A stretch of 50,955 bases of DNA, taken from the NCBI GenBank assembly GCA_036560665.1, contig DATBQU010000343.1, positions 1 to 50,955 on the forward strand. Direction: 5' to 3'. This stretch comes from Polyangiaceae bacterium (GTDB lineage: Bacteria; Myxococcota_A; Polyangia; Polyangiales; Polyangiaceae). Shown piece after piece: positions 9,925-19,769 of the stretch. Position numbers and translations under genes: made by a program. The notes under the pieces are model-generated. The model searched no databases. It had not been told where the DNA came from and saw only the letters and a list, made by a program, of their open reading frames with translations. Numbering within the stretch: position 1 is the first letter of the stretch; each line of letters begins with the position of its first letter.

Positions 9925-11676
9925 CTATTCGGGACGGAAGAGCAGCTGCACGTCGGCCCATGCGTCGCCGGTGTCGACGCCGTCGATCTTCACGCGGGAG
10001 CCGGTCGCGATGCAGCTCTTGACCCCGGGCATCGCGTCGAACCCGCTGACCCGCGCGCCGACGACGTTCCCGCCCTCGTCGGTGGTGATGCGCAGCGTGC
10101 CCCTGCCCTCGATGCGCTCGGCACGGCGCTCGAGACCGGAGCGGTAGCACTGCGTCCACGAGCCGGCCCGGCGCGAGAGCGCGCGCTGCACGGCGCCGAC
10201 GGTGGCCCCGCCGCCGGCGCCGGTGACGCTCCAGTCGACGTGGGCGTGCGACGCGTCGAATCCTCCGCCGGACGCGGTCGCGGGCGCGGTCCCGGTCGCC
10301 GCCTCGGTCGCGGTCGCGCTCGCGGTCGCGGTCGCGGTACCCGTCGGCTTGCCGTGCGGGCTCGGCTCCAGAGGCGGCAGCTCGGCGGTGGGGTCGGTGA
10401 GCGGCTCGAGCGTGGTCGGCGCAGGAGGGACGACCAGCCCGGCGGCCTCGGGCGCGGGCGGCGGCGGGGGCGCGCCGGCGCGCATCGTCCACAGGACGAC
10501 CGCCCCGGCGCCGAGCGTCAGCGCCATGAGCGCCACCGCCAGCGTCCGGCTGCGCGACGGCTCGTCCGGCTCGGCGGCGGCGACCGTCCCGGCCGGCGTC
10601 AGCTTGCTGGAGGTCGCCTTCGACGCCGCGGCGGCGATCTGCGCCGAGTCGATGGCGAGCGCGGTCGGCGCGAGCGCCGCCGACGAGGGCGCGAGCTCGA
10701 CCGTCGCCGCCTGCGCGGGCAGCCCCCCCGTCCCGAGCACCGCGCGCAGCTCGGCGCGCATCTCGCGCGCGCTCTGGTAGCGCTCCTCGCGCTTCTTCTT
10801 CATCGCCTTCAGGCAGATGGCCTGCAGGCGCTCGTCGGCGAGGGGGTTCAGCGTCCGCGGCGGCGGCGGGTCCTCGGTCACGTGCTTGAGCACGATCCCC
10901 AGCGCCGTCTCCGCGTCGAAGGGCACGCGACCGGTCATCAGCTGGTAGAGGATGACGCCCATGGCGTAGAGATCGCTGCGCGCATCGAGCGACTCGCCCT
11001 TGCCCTGCTCGGGCGACATGTACTCGGGCGTCCCCACCACGATCCCCTGCGTCGTCAGCTTCCCGCCGCCGGTGGGGTGCGCGTCGCGCTGGTCGGTGAA
11101 CTTGGCGATCCCGAAGTCGCAGACCTTGACGATGTCGCGCGGGCGCCCCTCGTCGTCGGTGCCGCGCAGGATCATGATGTTCTCGGGCTTCAGATCGCGG
11201 TGCACGATCCCCGTGTCGTGGGCCACGGCGACGGCGGCCAGCGCCTGGGACACGATGTCGGCCACGCGCGCGCCGGAGAGCGGCCACTCCTTGCGGATGA
11301 GCGCGAAGAGGTCCCGCCCGTCGAGGTACTCCATGGCGATGTAGAGCAGCCCGTCGGGCTCGACGCCGAAGTCGATGACGCGCATCGAGTTCGGGTGGTC
11401 GAGCTTGCTGGCCGCCTTCGCCTCGCGCTGGAAGCGGGCCACGAAGGTCGCGTCCCCGGCGTGCTCCCCGTGCATGAGCTTGACGGCGACGTCCTTGTCG
11501 AGCGCGAGCTGGCGGGCCTTGTAGACGGCGCCCATCGCGCCGCCGCCGAGGTACGACTCGATGAGAAACTTGCCGGCGATGGTCCGTCCCAGGACCGCGT
11601 TTGCGCGGTCGGCGGACCTCGATGCCGGCTCGTCCATCGCCTCCCGAGTGTATGGCAGGGGGGCCGCCCGTGCCAT
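9925..11676 (-). CDS. Ser/Thr protein kinase with a TM segment and a two-Cys C-terminal domain (AgmX/PglI-tail-like)
   Basis: Hanks-type motifs are GGGAMGAVYKA, VAVK, HRDLKPEN, DFG and GTPEYMSPE. The C-terminal 100 aa contain two Cys (QCYRSG...KSCIATG). An alternative start is ATG 11637, preceded by GGGAGG. Confidence 0.9.
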   Translation of the reverse strand: MARAAPLPYTREAMDEPASRSADRANAVLGRTIAGKFLIESYLGGGAMGAVYKARQLALDKDVAVKLMHGEHAGDATFVARFQREAKAASKLDHPNSMRVIDFGVEPDGLLYIAMEYLDGRDLFALIRKEWPLSGARVADIVSQALAAVAVAHDTGIVHRDLKPENIMILRGTDDEGRPRDIVKVCDFGIAKFTDQRDAHPTGGGKLTTQGIVVGTPEYMSPEQGKGESLDARSDLYAMGVILYQLMTGRVPFDAETALGIVLKHVTEDPPPPRTLNPLADERLQAICLKAMKKKREERYQSAREMRAELRAVLGTGGLPAQAATVELAPSSAALAPTALAIDSAQIAAAASKATSSKLTPAGTVAAAEPDEPSRSRTLAVALMALTLGAGAVVLWTMRAGAPPPPPAPEAAGLVVPPAPTTLEPLTDPTAELPPLEPSPHGKPTGTATATASATATEAATGTAPATASGGGFDASHAHVDWSVTGAGGGATVGAVQRALSRRAGSWTQCYRSGLERRAERIEGRGTLRITTDEGGNVVGARVSGFDAMPGVKSCIATGSRVKIDGVDTGDAWADVQLLFRPE

Positions 11677-11692
11677 CGACGGGCCGGCGCGT

Positions 11693-13486
11693 TCACGGCG
11701 CCTTGAAGGCCATCGTCACCTCGGCGGTTCCGCCGCCGCGATCGACCTGCGACTTCGGCACGCCCACCCCCGTCGCGGCTCCCTGGATGCATCGGGACAG
11801 GCCGGGCAGGAAGTCGGCCCCGGTCACGATGGCCGAGCGCGTCGTTCCGTTCTCGTCGATGGACAGATTCAGCGTGGCCACGCCGGTCGCGCGCACCCCG
11901 CGGACCCTCAGCGCGCCGCGATAGCAGGACGCGAGCCCGACGCCGTGCAGGGCCGCTCGGACGGCGTGGTCGCGCACGCCCTGGGCGTTGATGAGGCCGA
12001 CCTCGACGTAGGCCCGGCCGGGATCGAAGTCGGGCTCCGGCGCCGGGACGTCGGTGCCCGCGACGGCGGGTGGCGGGACGACCGGAGGCGCCACCGAGGC
12101 GGCACCCGGCGAGGACGCGGCAGCGGCCGTGGACGTCGCGGCGCTCGGGCCGGGTCCGGCCGGCGGCGCGTGGGGGCCGTGCCCGCCGGGGTGGGCAGCC
12201 GCGGCGCTCCCTTCCGGGGTGGGCTCGAGCGCGGGGACGTCCCCCCCGCCCGGCGGGTCCTGCGACGGGGCCAGCAGCACCAGGGGGGGCGTGGCGCGGT
12301 CCACCGACGCGGTGCTCGCGGGCGGAGGCGGCGAGCGATGGAGCAGCATCACCGTCACCGCGGCCGCGGCCGCACCGGTCAGCGTGGCCACCAGGGCCAC
12401 CGTGGTGAGCCGCCGCGGCTTGCTGGCGATGGGCGCCTCCGTCCCCACCAGCGTCGGCTTCGAGGCCCCCTCGTCGCCCGCGGCCGCCGCCATCCGCACC
12501 GTGGCCGCGGTCGCCGCCTCCGCGCCGAACGCCGGGAGGCTCGGGACGCTGCCCGGATCGGGGGCGCTCGCCGTGTGCGTCGAGCCCGACTCGACGACCG
12601 CGCGCAGGTCGGCCCGCATCTCGCGCGCGCTGGGGTAGCGCTCGTCGCGCGCCTTGCGCAGCGCGCGCAGGCAGATCGCCTCCAGCCGCGGGTCGACGTT
12701 CGGTGACAGCTGCGACGGCCGCGGCGTCTCCTCGGTGATGTGCTTGAGGACCACGCCGATGGCGTGCTCCGCCTGGAAGGGGACGCGCCCGGCCAGCATC
12801 TCGAACAGGATGACCCCGACCGAGTAGAGATCGCTCCGCGCGTCGAGCTTCTCCCCCTTGCCCTGCTCGGGGGACATGTACTCGGGCGTTCCCACGAGGA
12901 AGCCGGCGGTGGTGACCGGCGCGTTCGACTCGCGATCGGTGCCACGGTACGCGCGCGAGTCGGTGATCTTGGCGATGCCGAAGTCGCACACCTTCACCAT
13001 GTCCTTGGGGCGGCCGTCGTCGTCGGTGCCGCGGAGCACGACCACGTTCTCCGGCTTCAGATCGCGGTGCACGACGCCCATGTCGTGGGCCACGGCGAGG
13101 GCGGCCAGCGTCTGCATCAGGATGTCGGCGACGCGCGCCGGGCCGAGGGGCCACTCGTCGCGTATCACGCGGTGCAAGCTCCGCCCGTCGAGGTACTCCA
13201 TCGCGATGTAGAGCAGCCCGTCCGGCTCGGCGCCGAAGTCGATGACCTGCATCGAGTTGGGGTGGTTCAGGCGGGAGGCGGCCTTGGCCTCGCGCTGGAA
13301 GCGGGCCGCGAAGGTGGGCTCGTCGGCGTGCTCGCCGTGGAGCACCTTGATGGCGATGGTCTTGTCGAGCGCGATCTGCCGGGCGCGGTACACCGCGCCC
13401 ATCGCGCCGCTGCCGATGAGATCTTCGACCACGAACTTGCCGGCGATGGTCCGGCCGATCAGCGTCTCGTGGGACGATTTCCCCAT
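11693..13486 (-). CDS. Ser/Thr protein kinase, tandem paralog of the downstream kinase
   Basis: GSGAMGAVYRA, IAIK, HRDLKPEN, DFG and GTPEYMSPE motifs, with the same architecture: an Ala/Pro linker, a TM segment and a two-Cys C-terminal domain (SCYRGA...SRCIQGA). Confidence 0.9.
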   Translation of the reverse strand: MGKSSHETLIGRTIAGKFVVEDLIGSGAMGAVYRARQIALDKTIAIKVLHGEHADEPTFAARFQREAKAASRLNHPNSMQVIDFGAEPDGLLYIAMEYLDGRSLHRVIRDEWPLGPARVADILMQTLAALAVAHDMGVVHRDLKPENVVVLRGTDDDGRPKDMVKVCDFGIAKITDSRAYRGTDRESNAPVTTAGFLVGTPEYMSPEQGKGEKLDARSDLYSVGVILFEMLAGRVPFQAEHAIGVVLKHITEETPRPSQLSPNVDPRLEAICLRALRKARDERYPSAREMRADLRAVVESGSTHTASAPDPGSVPSLPAFGAEAATAATVRMAAAAGDEGASKPTLVGTEAPIASKPRRLTTVALVATLTGAAAAAVTVMLLHRSPPPPASTASVDRATPPLVLLAPSQDPPGGGDVPALEPTPEGSAAAAHPGGHGPHAPPAGPGPSAATSTAAAASSPGAASVAPPVVPPPAVAGTDVPAPEPDFDPGRAYVEVGLINAQGVRDHAVRAALHGVGLASCYRGALRVRGVRATGVATLNLSIDENGTTRSAIVTGADFLPGLSRCIQGAATGVGVPKSQVDRGGGTAEVTMAFKAP

Positions 13487-13526
13487 CGGGCTACCAGCTT
13501 ACCCGGGCCGGGGCCGGGAAGCAGGC

Positions 13527-14723
13527 TCACAAACGGCGCGGGCGTGCGGCGTCCATCGCTTCGGACACGATCGCCCGGTCGGCGTCGTCGACGTCGGCCA
13601 CGGCCTCGGCGACGTCGCGCGGGCGCTCGCCGCGGGCGATGCGCTCGCGCGCCTCGGCGCTGCCGGTGAGCAGATCGAAGGCGGGGACGTCGTCCCGGAA
13701 CTCGTACTTCTCGGTGCGGAAGGCGAAGCGCTGGGGGTCCTGCGCCCGGGCGAGGGCCACCAGGGCGAGGTAGGTGGCCAGCGGGCGGAACGCCGAGGCC
13801 TCGGTCACGTGGATCTGCACCCCGCCGCATGCGCGCCCGGCGTGCTTCTGGAACGTGGGCAGGAAGGTCAGGGGACGCGCGCGGAAGCCCGGCAGGGCCA
13901 GGGCGTGGAGGTCGTCGGCCAGGCGAACGCCGTCGATCCACGGCGCGCCGACGACCTCGAACGGCCGGGTGGTGCCCCGGCCCTCGGAGAGGTTGGTCCC
14001 CTCCAGCAGGCAGCCGCCCGGATACACCAGCGCCGTCTCGTAGCGCGGCATGTTCGGCGAGGGCATCACGAAGGGACGGTCCCACGCCGTCGCGTGCTCC
14101 TCGCGCTCCAGCCCGGCGACGCCGAGCACCGTGACCAGCTCGGGCGGGATCCGCTCGATCTCCGCCCGCCACGCCACGATCTCGCCCAGCGTGAGCGAGT
14201 GACGCACCGGCACCGGCTCGAGGCCCACGAAGGAGCAGTGCTCGCGCGTCTGGCGTCGCCCCTCGAGGCGGGCCATGTCGCCGCCCAGCGGGTTCGGCCG
14301 GTCCAGCACGAGCAGGCGCACGCCCGCGCGCGCGCAGGCGCGCATGGCGAGCACCGCCGTCCACACGAAGGTGTAGTAGCGCGAGCCCACGTCCTGTAGG
14401 TCGACCACCAGCACGTCGATCGACGCGATGTCCTCCGGCTTCGGCGAGAGGTCCTCGAAGCGCTCGCCGTAGAGGCTCCGGATGGGCGTACCGAGCGCGT
14501 CCCGCGCGTCCGCGACGCCGATCATGTCCTGGGCCTCGCCGCCGTAGCCGTGCTCGGGGCCGAAGACCACGACGACGGAGACGCCCAGCGCGTCGAGGAT
14601 GCGGCGGGCGTGGACGAGGCGGCGGTCGACCGATGCCGGGTGGGCCAGCAGCCCCACGCGCGAGGCGCGCAGCTCCGCACCCAGCTTGGGGTGGGTGGCG
14701 AGGCGATCGAGCCCGGTGCGCAT
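13527..14723 (-). CDS. DUF1343 family protein (NamZ-like exo-beta-N-acetylmuramidase family)
   Basis: The N-terminal half (MRTGLDRL...RVGLLAHPASVD...VVVFGPEHGYGGEAQD...VDLQDVGSRYYTFVW...VLDRPNPLGG) reads like the DUF1343 pattern as I recall it. Confidence 0.8.
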   Translation of the reverse strand: MRTGLDRLATHPKLGAELRASRVGLLAHPASVDRRLVHARRILDALGVSVVVVFGPEHGYGGEAQDMIGVADARDALGTPIRSLYGERFEDLSPKPEDIASIDVLVVDLQDVGSRYYTFVWTAVLAMRACARAGVRLLVLDRPNPLGGDMARLEGRRQTREHCSFVGLEPVPVRHSLTLGEIVAWRAEIERIPPELVTVLGVAGLEREEHATAWDRPFVMPSPNMPRYETALVYPGGCLLEGTNLSEGRGTTRPFEVVGAPWIDGVRLADDLHALALPGFRARPLTFLPTFQKHAGRACGGVQIHVTEASAFRPLATYLALVALARAQDPQRFAFRTEKYEFRDDVPAFDLLTGSAEARERIARGERPRDVAEAVADVDDADRAIVSEAMDAARPRRL

Positions 14724-14736
14724 GCTCCCCCCGATA

Positions 14737-15900
14737 CTAGAACGAGGCCTGCCCGAAGAGGGCCACCTGACCGCCGTCCGTCGAGGCGCCGGGAAAGACG
14801 TCGATGGGCAGTACGAGCGACAGCAGGGGGAACGAGACGGTCAGCTGCGTGCGGACTCCGACCCGCGTGGCCTCGCCCGTGCGCAGCTGGACGGGAACGC
14901 CCACGCCCAGACCAAGCGACGGGATGAGAAAGACGAGGTCGGGGGTGGCGGCCTCGATCAGCGGCACCAGCGTCGTCCGCCCCTGGAAGCTCGTCTCCAC
15001 GACCGCCGAGGTGATGAGCCACCACGGGTACGCCACCTCGTACCCCAGGCGCCCCCGGAGCTCCGGCGCGTCGAGCCGCCCGCCCAGTCCCAACAGCGGC
15101 CCTCCGAGCAGCAGCGAGGTCCCGGGCTTCACCAGCGAGAAGCGCAGGATGGACGCGTCGCGCGCCGGGATCGTCCGGCGCGCCACCCGCGCGCCACCCT
15201 CGCGCGCGACGGCCCACCCCTGCTGCCCCTCGGCCCAGAGATCGGGGCGGTCGCAGCGAACGACGACGTCGATGGAAGGCGAGCCGGCCCAGCCGCGGAT
15301 GGGCGAGAGCGCGTACTCGTACTCGTCGGAGGTGTCGACCCGGGCCTCCGTGCCGAGCCAGAGGTGCCGTACCTGGAGCGGGGCGAAGGCGAACTCGCCG
15401 AACTGCTCGCTGCGCGTGCCGAAGGTGGCCGGCTCGACCCTCCCGGCGAAGACGAGCGTCGCGCGCGCGTGCGCGTCGACGGTGAGACCGAACCCCATGC
15501 GCGCCGTCTTCTCGCCCGGCTCCGCCATCGCCGGGTCGATCGCCGCCACCACGTCGTCCACGGCGCGGACCTGCTCGGCCGTGAGCGTCCTGCGCGCGTC
15601 GCGGCCGTCGGCCGTGGCGGTCAGGCGCCGCGACGCGATGCCGTAGAACGCGCCCAGCACCTCCTCGCGCGCGTCGGTGGGGTTGAGCACGTGGTAGACG
15701 GCTTCGAAATCGCACCCGCCCACCTCGCAGCGAAACGTGAGCTCCTCGTGCTCCACCGCGAGCGCCGTCGGTTGCAGGACGAACGCACCGCCCTCCTTGC
15801 CCGGCACCCGGATGAACGGCGCGGGCGCGTTGGCCGCAGCGACGCCGGTGAGGGCGAACACGAGCAGGACGGCGAGGAGGAGGGCGGCGATCGGACGCAA
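14737..15900 (-). CDS. Secreted, possibly outer-membrane, hypothetical protein
   Basis: ORF 14737..16065. TTG 15900 gives the signal peptide MRPIAALLLAVLLVFALTGVAAANA. The C-terminal third is beta-strand-like and ends in Phe (ALFGQASF). The start is uncertain. Confidence 0.6.
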   Translation of the reverse strand: MRPIAALLLAVLLVFALTGVAAANAPAPFIRVPGKEGGAFVLQPTALAVEHEELTFRCEVGGCDFEAVYHVLNPTDAREEVLGAFYGIASRRLTATADGRDARRTLTAEQVRAVDDVVAAIDPAMAEPGEKTARMGFGLTVDAHARATLVFAGRVEPATFGTRSEQFGEFAFAPLQVRHLWLGTEARVDTSDEYEYALSPIRGWAGSPSIDVVVRCDRPDLWAEGQQGWAVAREGGARVARRTIPARDASILRFSLVKPGTSLLLGGPLLGLGGRLDAPELRGRLGYEVAYPWWLITSAVVETSFQGRTTLVPLIEAATPDLVFLIPSLGLGVGVPVQLRTGEATRVGVRTQLTVSFPLLSLVLPIDVFPGASTDGGQVALFGQASF

Positions 15901-15903
15901 GGG

Positions 15904-15962
15904 CTCGCGACAGCCTAGGCCACAGCTCGCGAGGTTCGCGAGCCATCGCGAGCCATCGCGAC
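15904..15962. promoter_or_regulatory. Candidate enhancer (UAS) or operator: five TCGCGA palindromic hexamers including a perfect 7-N3-7 dyad
   Basis: TCGCGA occurs at 15905, 15927, 15936, 15946 and 15956. The dyad CTCGCGA-ggt-TCGCGAG spans 15926-15942. The last three copies are 10 bp apart. The cluster lies in a divergent intergenic region. Confidence 0.45.
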
Positions 15963-16012
15963 CGGCGTGCAGCCTGCCTGCGTCGTTTCCTGCACGGGGG
16001 GAATCCGGAGGG

Positions 16013-16027
16013 GGCACGTCGGTTGCA
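16013..16027 (+). promoter_or_regulatory. Sigma54 (-24/-12) promoter candidate
   Basis: GGCACGtcggTTGCA matches TGGCACG-N4-TTGCW except for the leading T. The GC of the -12 box is at 16025-16026, so the predicted +1 is near 16038. Confidence 0.55.
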
Positions 16028-16042
16028 CTGTACGCCTGCGCG

Positions 16043-17011
16043 ATGATCCCCGACGCGGTGACCACGGTTCAGGACGTGGCCAACGCCGCCGGCTGCGCGA
16101 CCAGCGCGGTCTTCGGGCTGAGCAAGCAGATCGTGGACGAGGTCAACTGCCTCGTACCCAACGCCCTGGCGCCGATCCCCAGCCGCCCGAACCTCGTCCA
16201 GAGCTCGACCACGTTCGCGTTCCTCCAGCCCCCGGCGCGCGACGACCTGGTGAAGGCCCTCGACGCGAACACGGGGATGACGCTCGACGTCGAGTCGATC
16301 CTGCGGACCGTCGCCCAGCAGTACCTGCTCTACGCCTGGTACAAGATGGGGCTCTGCGGCATCCAGCTCGCCGCGACGCCGGGCACCTCCAACCACGAGC
16401 AGGGGCTGGCCTTCGACACGGCGGACCACGCCGCGTGGCTCAACATGCTGCAGAGCAACGGGTTCACCTGGTACGGGAGCGCCGACGTCGTTCACTTCGA
16501 CTACACCGGCGGCGGCGCGGTCGATCTCAACGGCAAGGACGTGCTCGCGTTCCAGAAGCTGTGGAACGCCAACAACCCGACCGACCTCATCGCCGAGGAC
16601 GGCTCCTACGGCACCGAGACGGAGACGCGCATCCAGAAGACGGCGGCGGACGGGTTTGCCACGGGCGCGTCCTGCGGGCCGACGCCCGTCGACGGAGGCA
16701 CGCCGCCCCCGGTCGACGGCGGAAACGACGGGGCCGCCGCGAGCGACGCGTCGTCGCCCCCTCCGCCGGGCGACGCCGGCACCGGCGACTCGTCCTCTCC
16801 GCTCCCGGGCGACGACGCAGGCGCCGGCGGTGGCGGGGGCGGTGGCGACGCGTCCACGCCCAACTTCGACCAGCCGGGCGCGGGCTCCGGATGCGCATGC
16901 CGGGCCGCCCCCGGGCCGAGCGACGCCGGCGTCACACTGGCGCTCGCCGCCGTCTGCGCGCTGTCCTACGCTCGCCGGCGTGGAGCCCGAGGACTACCGC
17001 GGCGCCGGTGA
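16043..17011 (+). CDS. Peptidase M15 (VanY / D-Ala-D-Ala carboxypeptidase-like) with a peptidoglycan-binding-like repeat and a C-terminal MYXO-CTERM sorting tag
   Basis: Zinc-site motif SNHEQGLAFD, then VVHFDY. PG_binding-like segment VLAFQKLWNANNP...DGSYGTETETRIQK, then a Gly/Pro/Asp linker. The C-terminus is GSGCACRAAPGPSDAGVTLALAAVCALSYARRR. No N-terminal signal peptide was seen. Confidence 0.8.
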   Translation: MIPDAVTTVQDVANAAGCATSAVFGLSKQIVDEVNCLVPNALAPIPSRPNLVQSSTTFAFLQPPARDDLVKALDANTGMTLDVESILRTVAQQYLLYAWYKMGLCGIQLAATPGTSNHEQGLAFDTADHAAWLNMLQSNGFTWYGSADVVHFDYTGGGAVDLNGKDVLAFQKLWNANNPTDLIAEDGSYGTETETRIQKTAADGFATGASCGPTPVDGGTPPPVDGGNDGAAASDASSPPPPGDAGTGDSSSPLPGDDAGAGGGGGGGDASTPNFDQPGAGSGCACRAAPGPSDAGVTLALAAVCALSYARRRGARGLPRRR

Positions 17012-17570
17012 CGACGAGGCGCACGACGCGATCCGCCAGCACTACGAGACGTTCTTCGACCGCGAGGGCCGCGAGCTCACCTGGCCGCGCGGGCCGGGCG
17101 CCCACCGGCTGGGGGCGTTCCGCGTCCTGGAAGTGCCGCCGAACGAGCGGACCGCCCTGTGGACCTATGCGTCCGTCGGCGCCTACGCCTTCACACCGCC
17201 CGGCGAAGAGGCGATCGAGCTGGTGCTGCTCACCGAACAGCCCACCGGCCGCGGCGTCGAGCTGGTGACGCTCGCGGCGACGTACCACCAGACGCGGCGC
17301 CTGCAGCCAGGTCATCGCCTGCCCCTCGGCGAGCCGTGGCTGGAGGGGGGGACCTGCGACGCATTCCTCGTGTCGCGCCCGCATCCGTTCGAGGCCACCT
17401 TCGGGACGATCCCTCTCGGGGCACGAAGTGTCCGCGTGCTCTGGCTTCTGCCCATCACGCCCGCCGAGCGTCGCTTCGCGGGAGACCACGGCGTGGAGGC
17501 GCTCGAGCAGCGCTTCGACGACGCGGTGGTCGAGTACTGGCGCCCGGGTCGTGCGAGCGTCGTCGAATGA
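16980..17570 (+). CDS. SUFU (suppressor of fused)-like domain protein
   Basis: GTG 16980 is the only start codon available in this frame and overlaps the upstream gene by 32 nt. Pattern: HYETFF...LWTYASVGAYAF...IELVLLTEQP...LWLLPITPAE. Confidence 0.65.
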   Translation: MEPEDYRGAGDDEAHDAIRQHYETFFDREGRELTWPRGPGAHRLGAFRVLEVPPNERTALWTYASVGAYAFTPPGEEAIELVLLTEQPTGRGVELVTLAATYHQTRRLQPGHRLPLGEPWLEGGTCDAFLVSRPHPFEATFGTIPLGARSVRVLWLLPITPAERRFAGDHGVEALEQRFDDAVVEYWRPGRASVVE

Positions 17571-18370
17571 CGATCACCGACCTCGAGCAAGCCTCCCGCC
17601 CCGTCCCGCGAGAGCAGGGCGTCTTCGAGGTCGTCATCCCCGAGGGGTGGCAGCAGGGTCGTGGCGCGTTCGGGGGGCTGACCATCGCCTCCCTGGCGCG
17701 GTCCATCCAGCTGTTCGCGGACACCCCCGACCGGCCGCTTCGCTCCCTGACGGCCCAGCTGCCCGGCCCGACGCTGGTCGGACCGGCGGAGATCCGCGTG
17801 GAGGCCATGCGCATCAGCTCGGGGCAATCGACCCTCGCCGCCCGGCTGACGCAGCAGGGCGAGGTGCGCGCGCTGGCCGTCGCCGTCCTGGCGCACCCGC
17901 GAGCGGTCGGGGCGGACGAGTTCTGCGAGCTCGCGCGGCCCGCGGTGCGGCCCTGGCGCGAGATGACGCCGATCTCCCCGCCCCCCGGCGCGGCCGCGTT
18001 CACGCAGCACTTCGAGTACCGCTCGGACGGCCCCTTCCCCTTCACCTCGGCGAAGGAGGCGAGGGCCGAGGGGTGGATCCGCGCCAGGACCTCGGGCGCC
18101 ATGCCGCACGACGCGCACCTGGCGGCCCTCATCGACGTGTGGTGGCCGGCGTCGTTCGTCCGCGCCGCCGCCCCCCGGCCCATCGGCACCGTCGCCTTCA
18201 CCATGCAGGTGGTCCGCTCGGCGTCGCCGGTCGACCCCGCCGTCCCCCTGGCCTACCGCGGTCGGGTCTGGGTCCAGAGCGAAGGCTGGATCGTCGAGCA
18301 GCGCGAGCTGTGGGACGAGGACGGCCGCCTGATCGCGCTCAACCAGCAGACCATCGCGGTCATCAAGTAG
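17567..18370 (+). CDS. Acyl-CoA thioesterase II-like (double hotdog) thioesterase family protein
   Basis: ATGA start/stop overlap with the upstream gene. GAFGGLTIASLARS and the TesB-like length and pattern. Confidence 0.7.
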   Translation: MTITDLEQASRPVPREQGVFEVVIPEGWQQGRGAFGGLTIASLARSIQLFADTPDRPLRSLTAQLPGPTLVGPAEIRVEAMRISSGQSTLAARLTQQGEVRALAVAVLAHPRAVGADEFCELARPAVRPWREMTPISPPPGAAAFTQHFEYRSDGPFPFTSAKEARAEGWIRARTSGAMPHDAHLAALIDVWWPASFVRAAAPRPIGTVAFTMQVVRSASPVDPAVPLAYRGRVWVQSEGWIVEQRELWDEDGRLIALNQQTIAVIK

Positions 18371-18381
18371 AGTCCTGGGCG

Positions 18382-19746
<1,365 letters not shown>

Positions 19747-19769
19747 CCAGGGGTGGGGCGCGCGCTATC

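Noticed and set aside
15938-15962. The 10-bp direct repeat GCCATCGCGA x2 as a slippage or duplication scar
   Set aside because: It is better explained as part of the phased TCGCGA half-site cluster, where it is reported.
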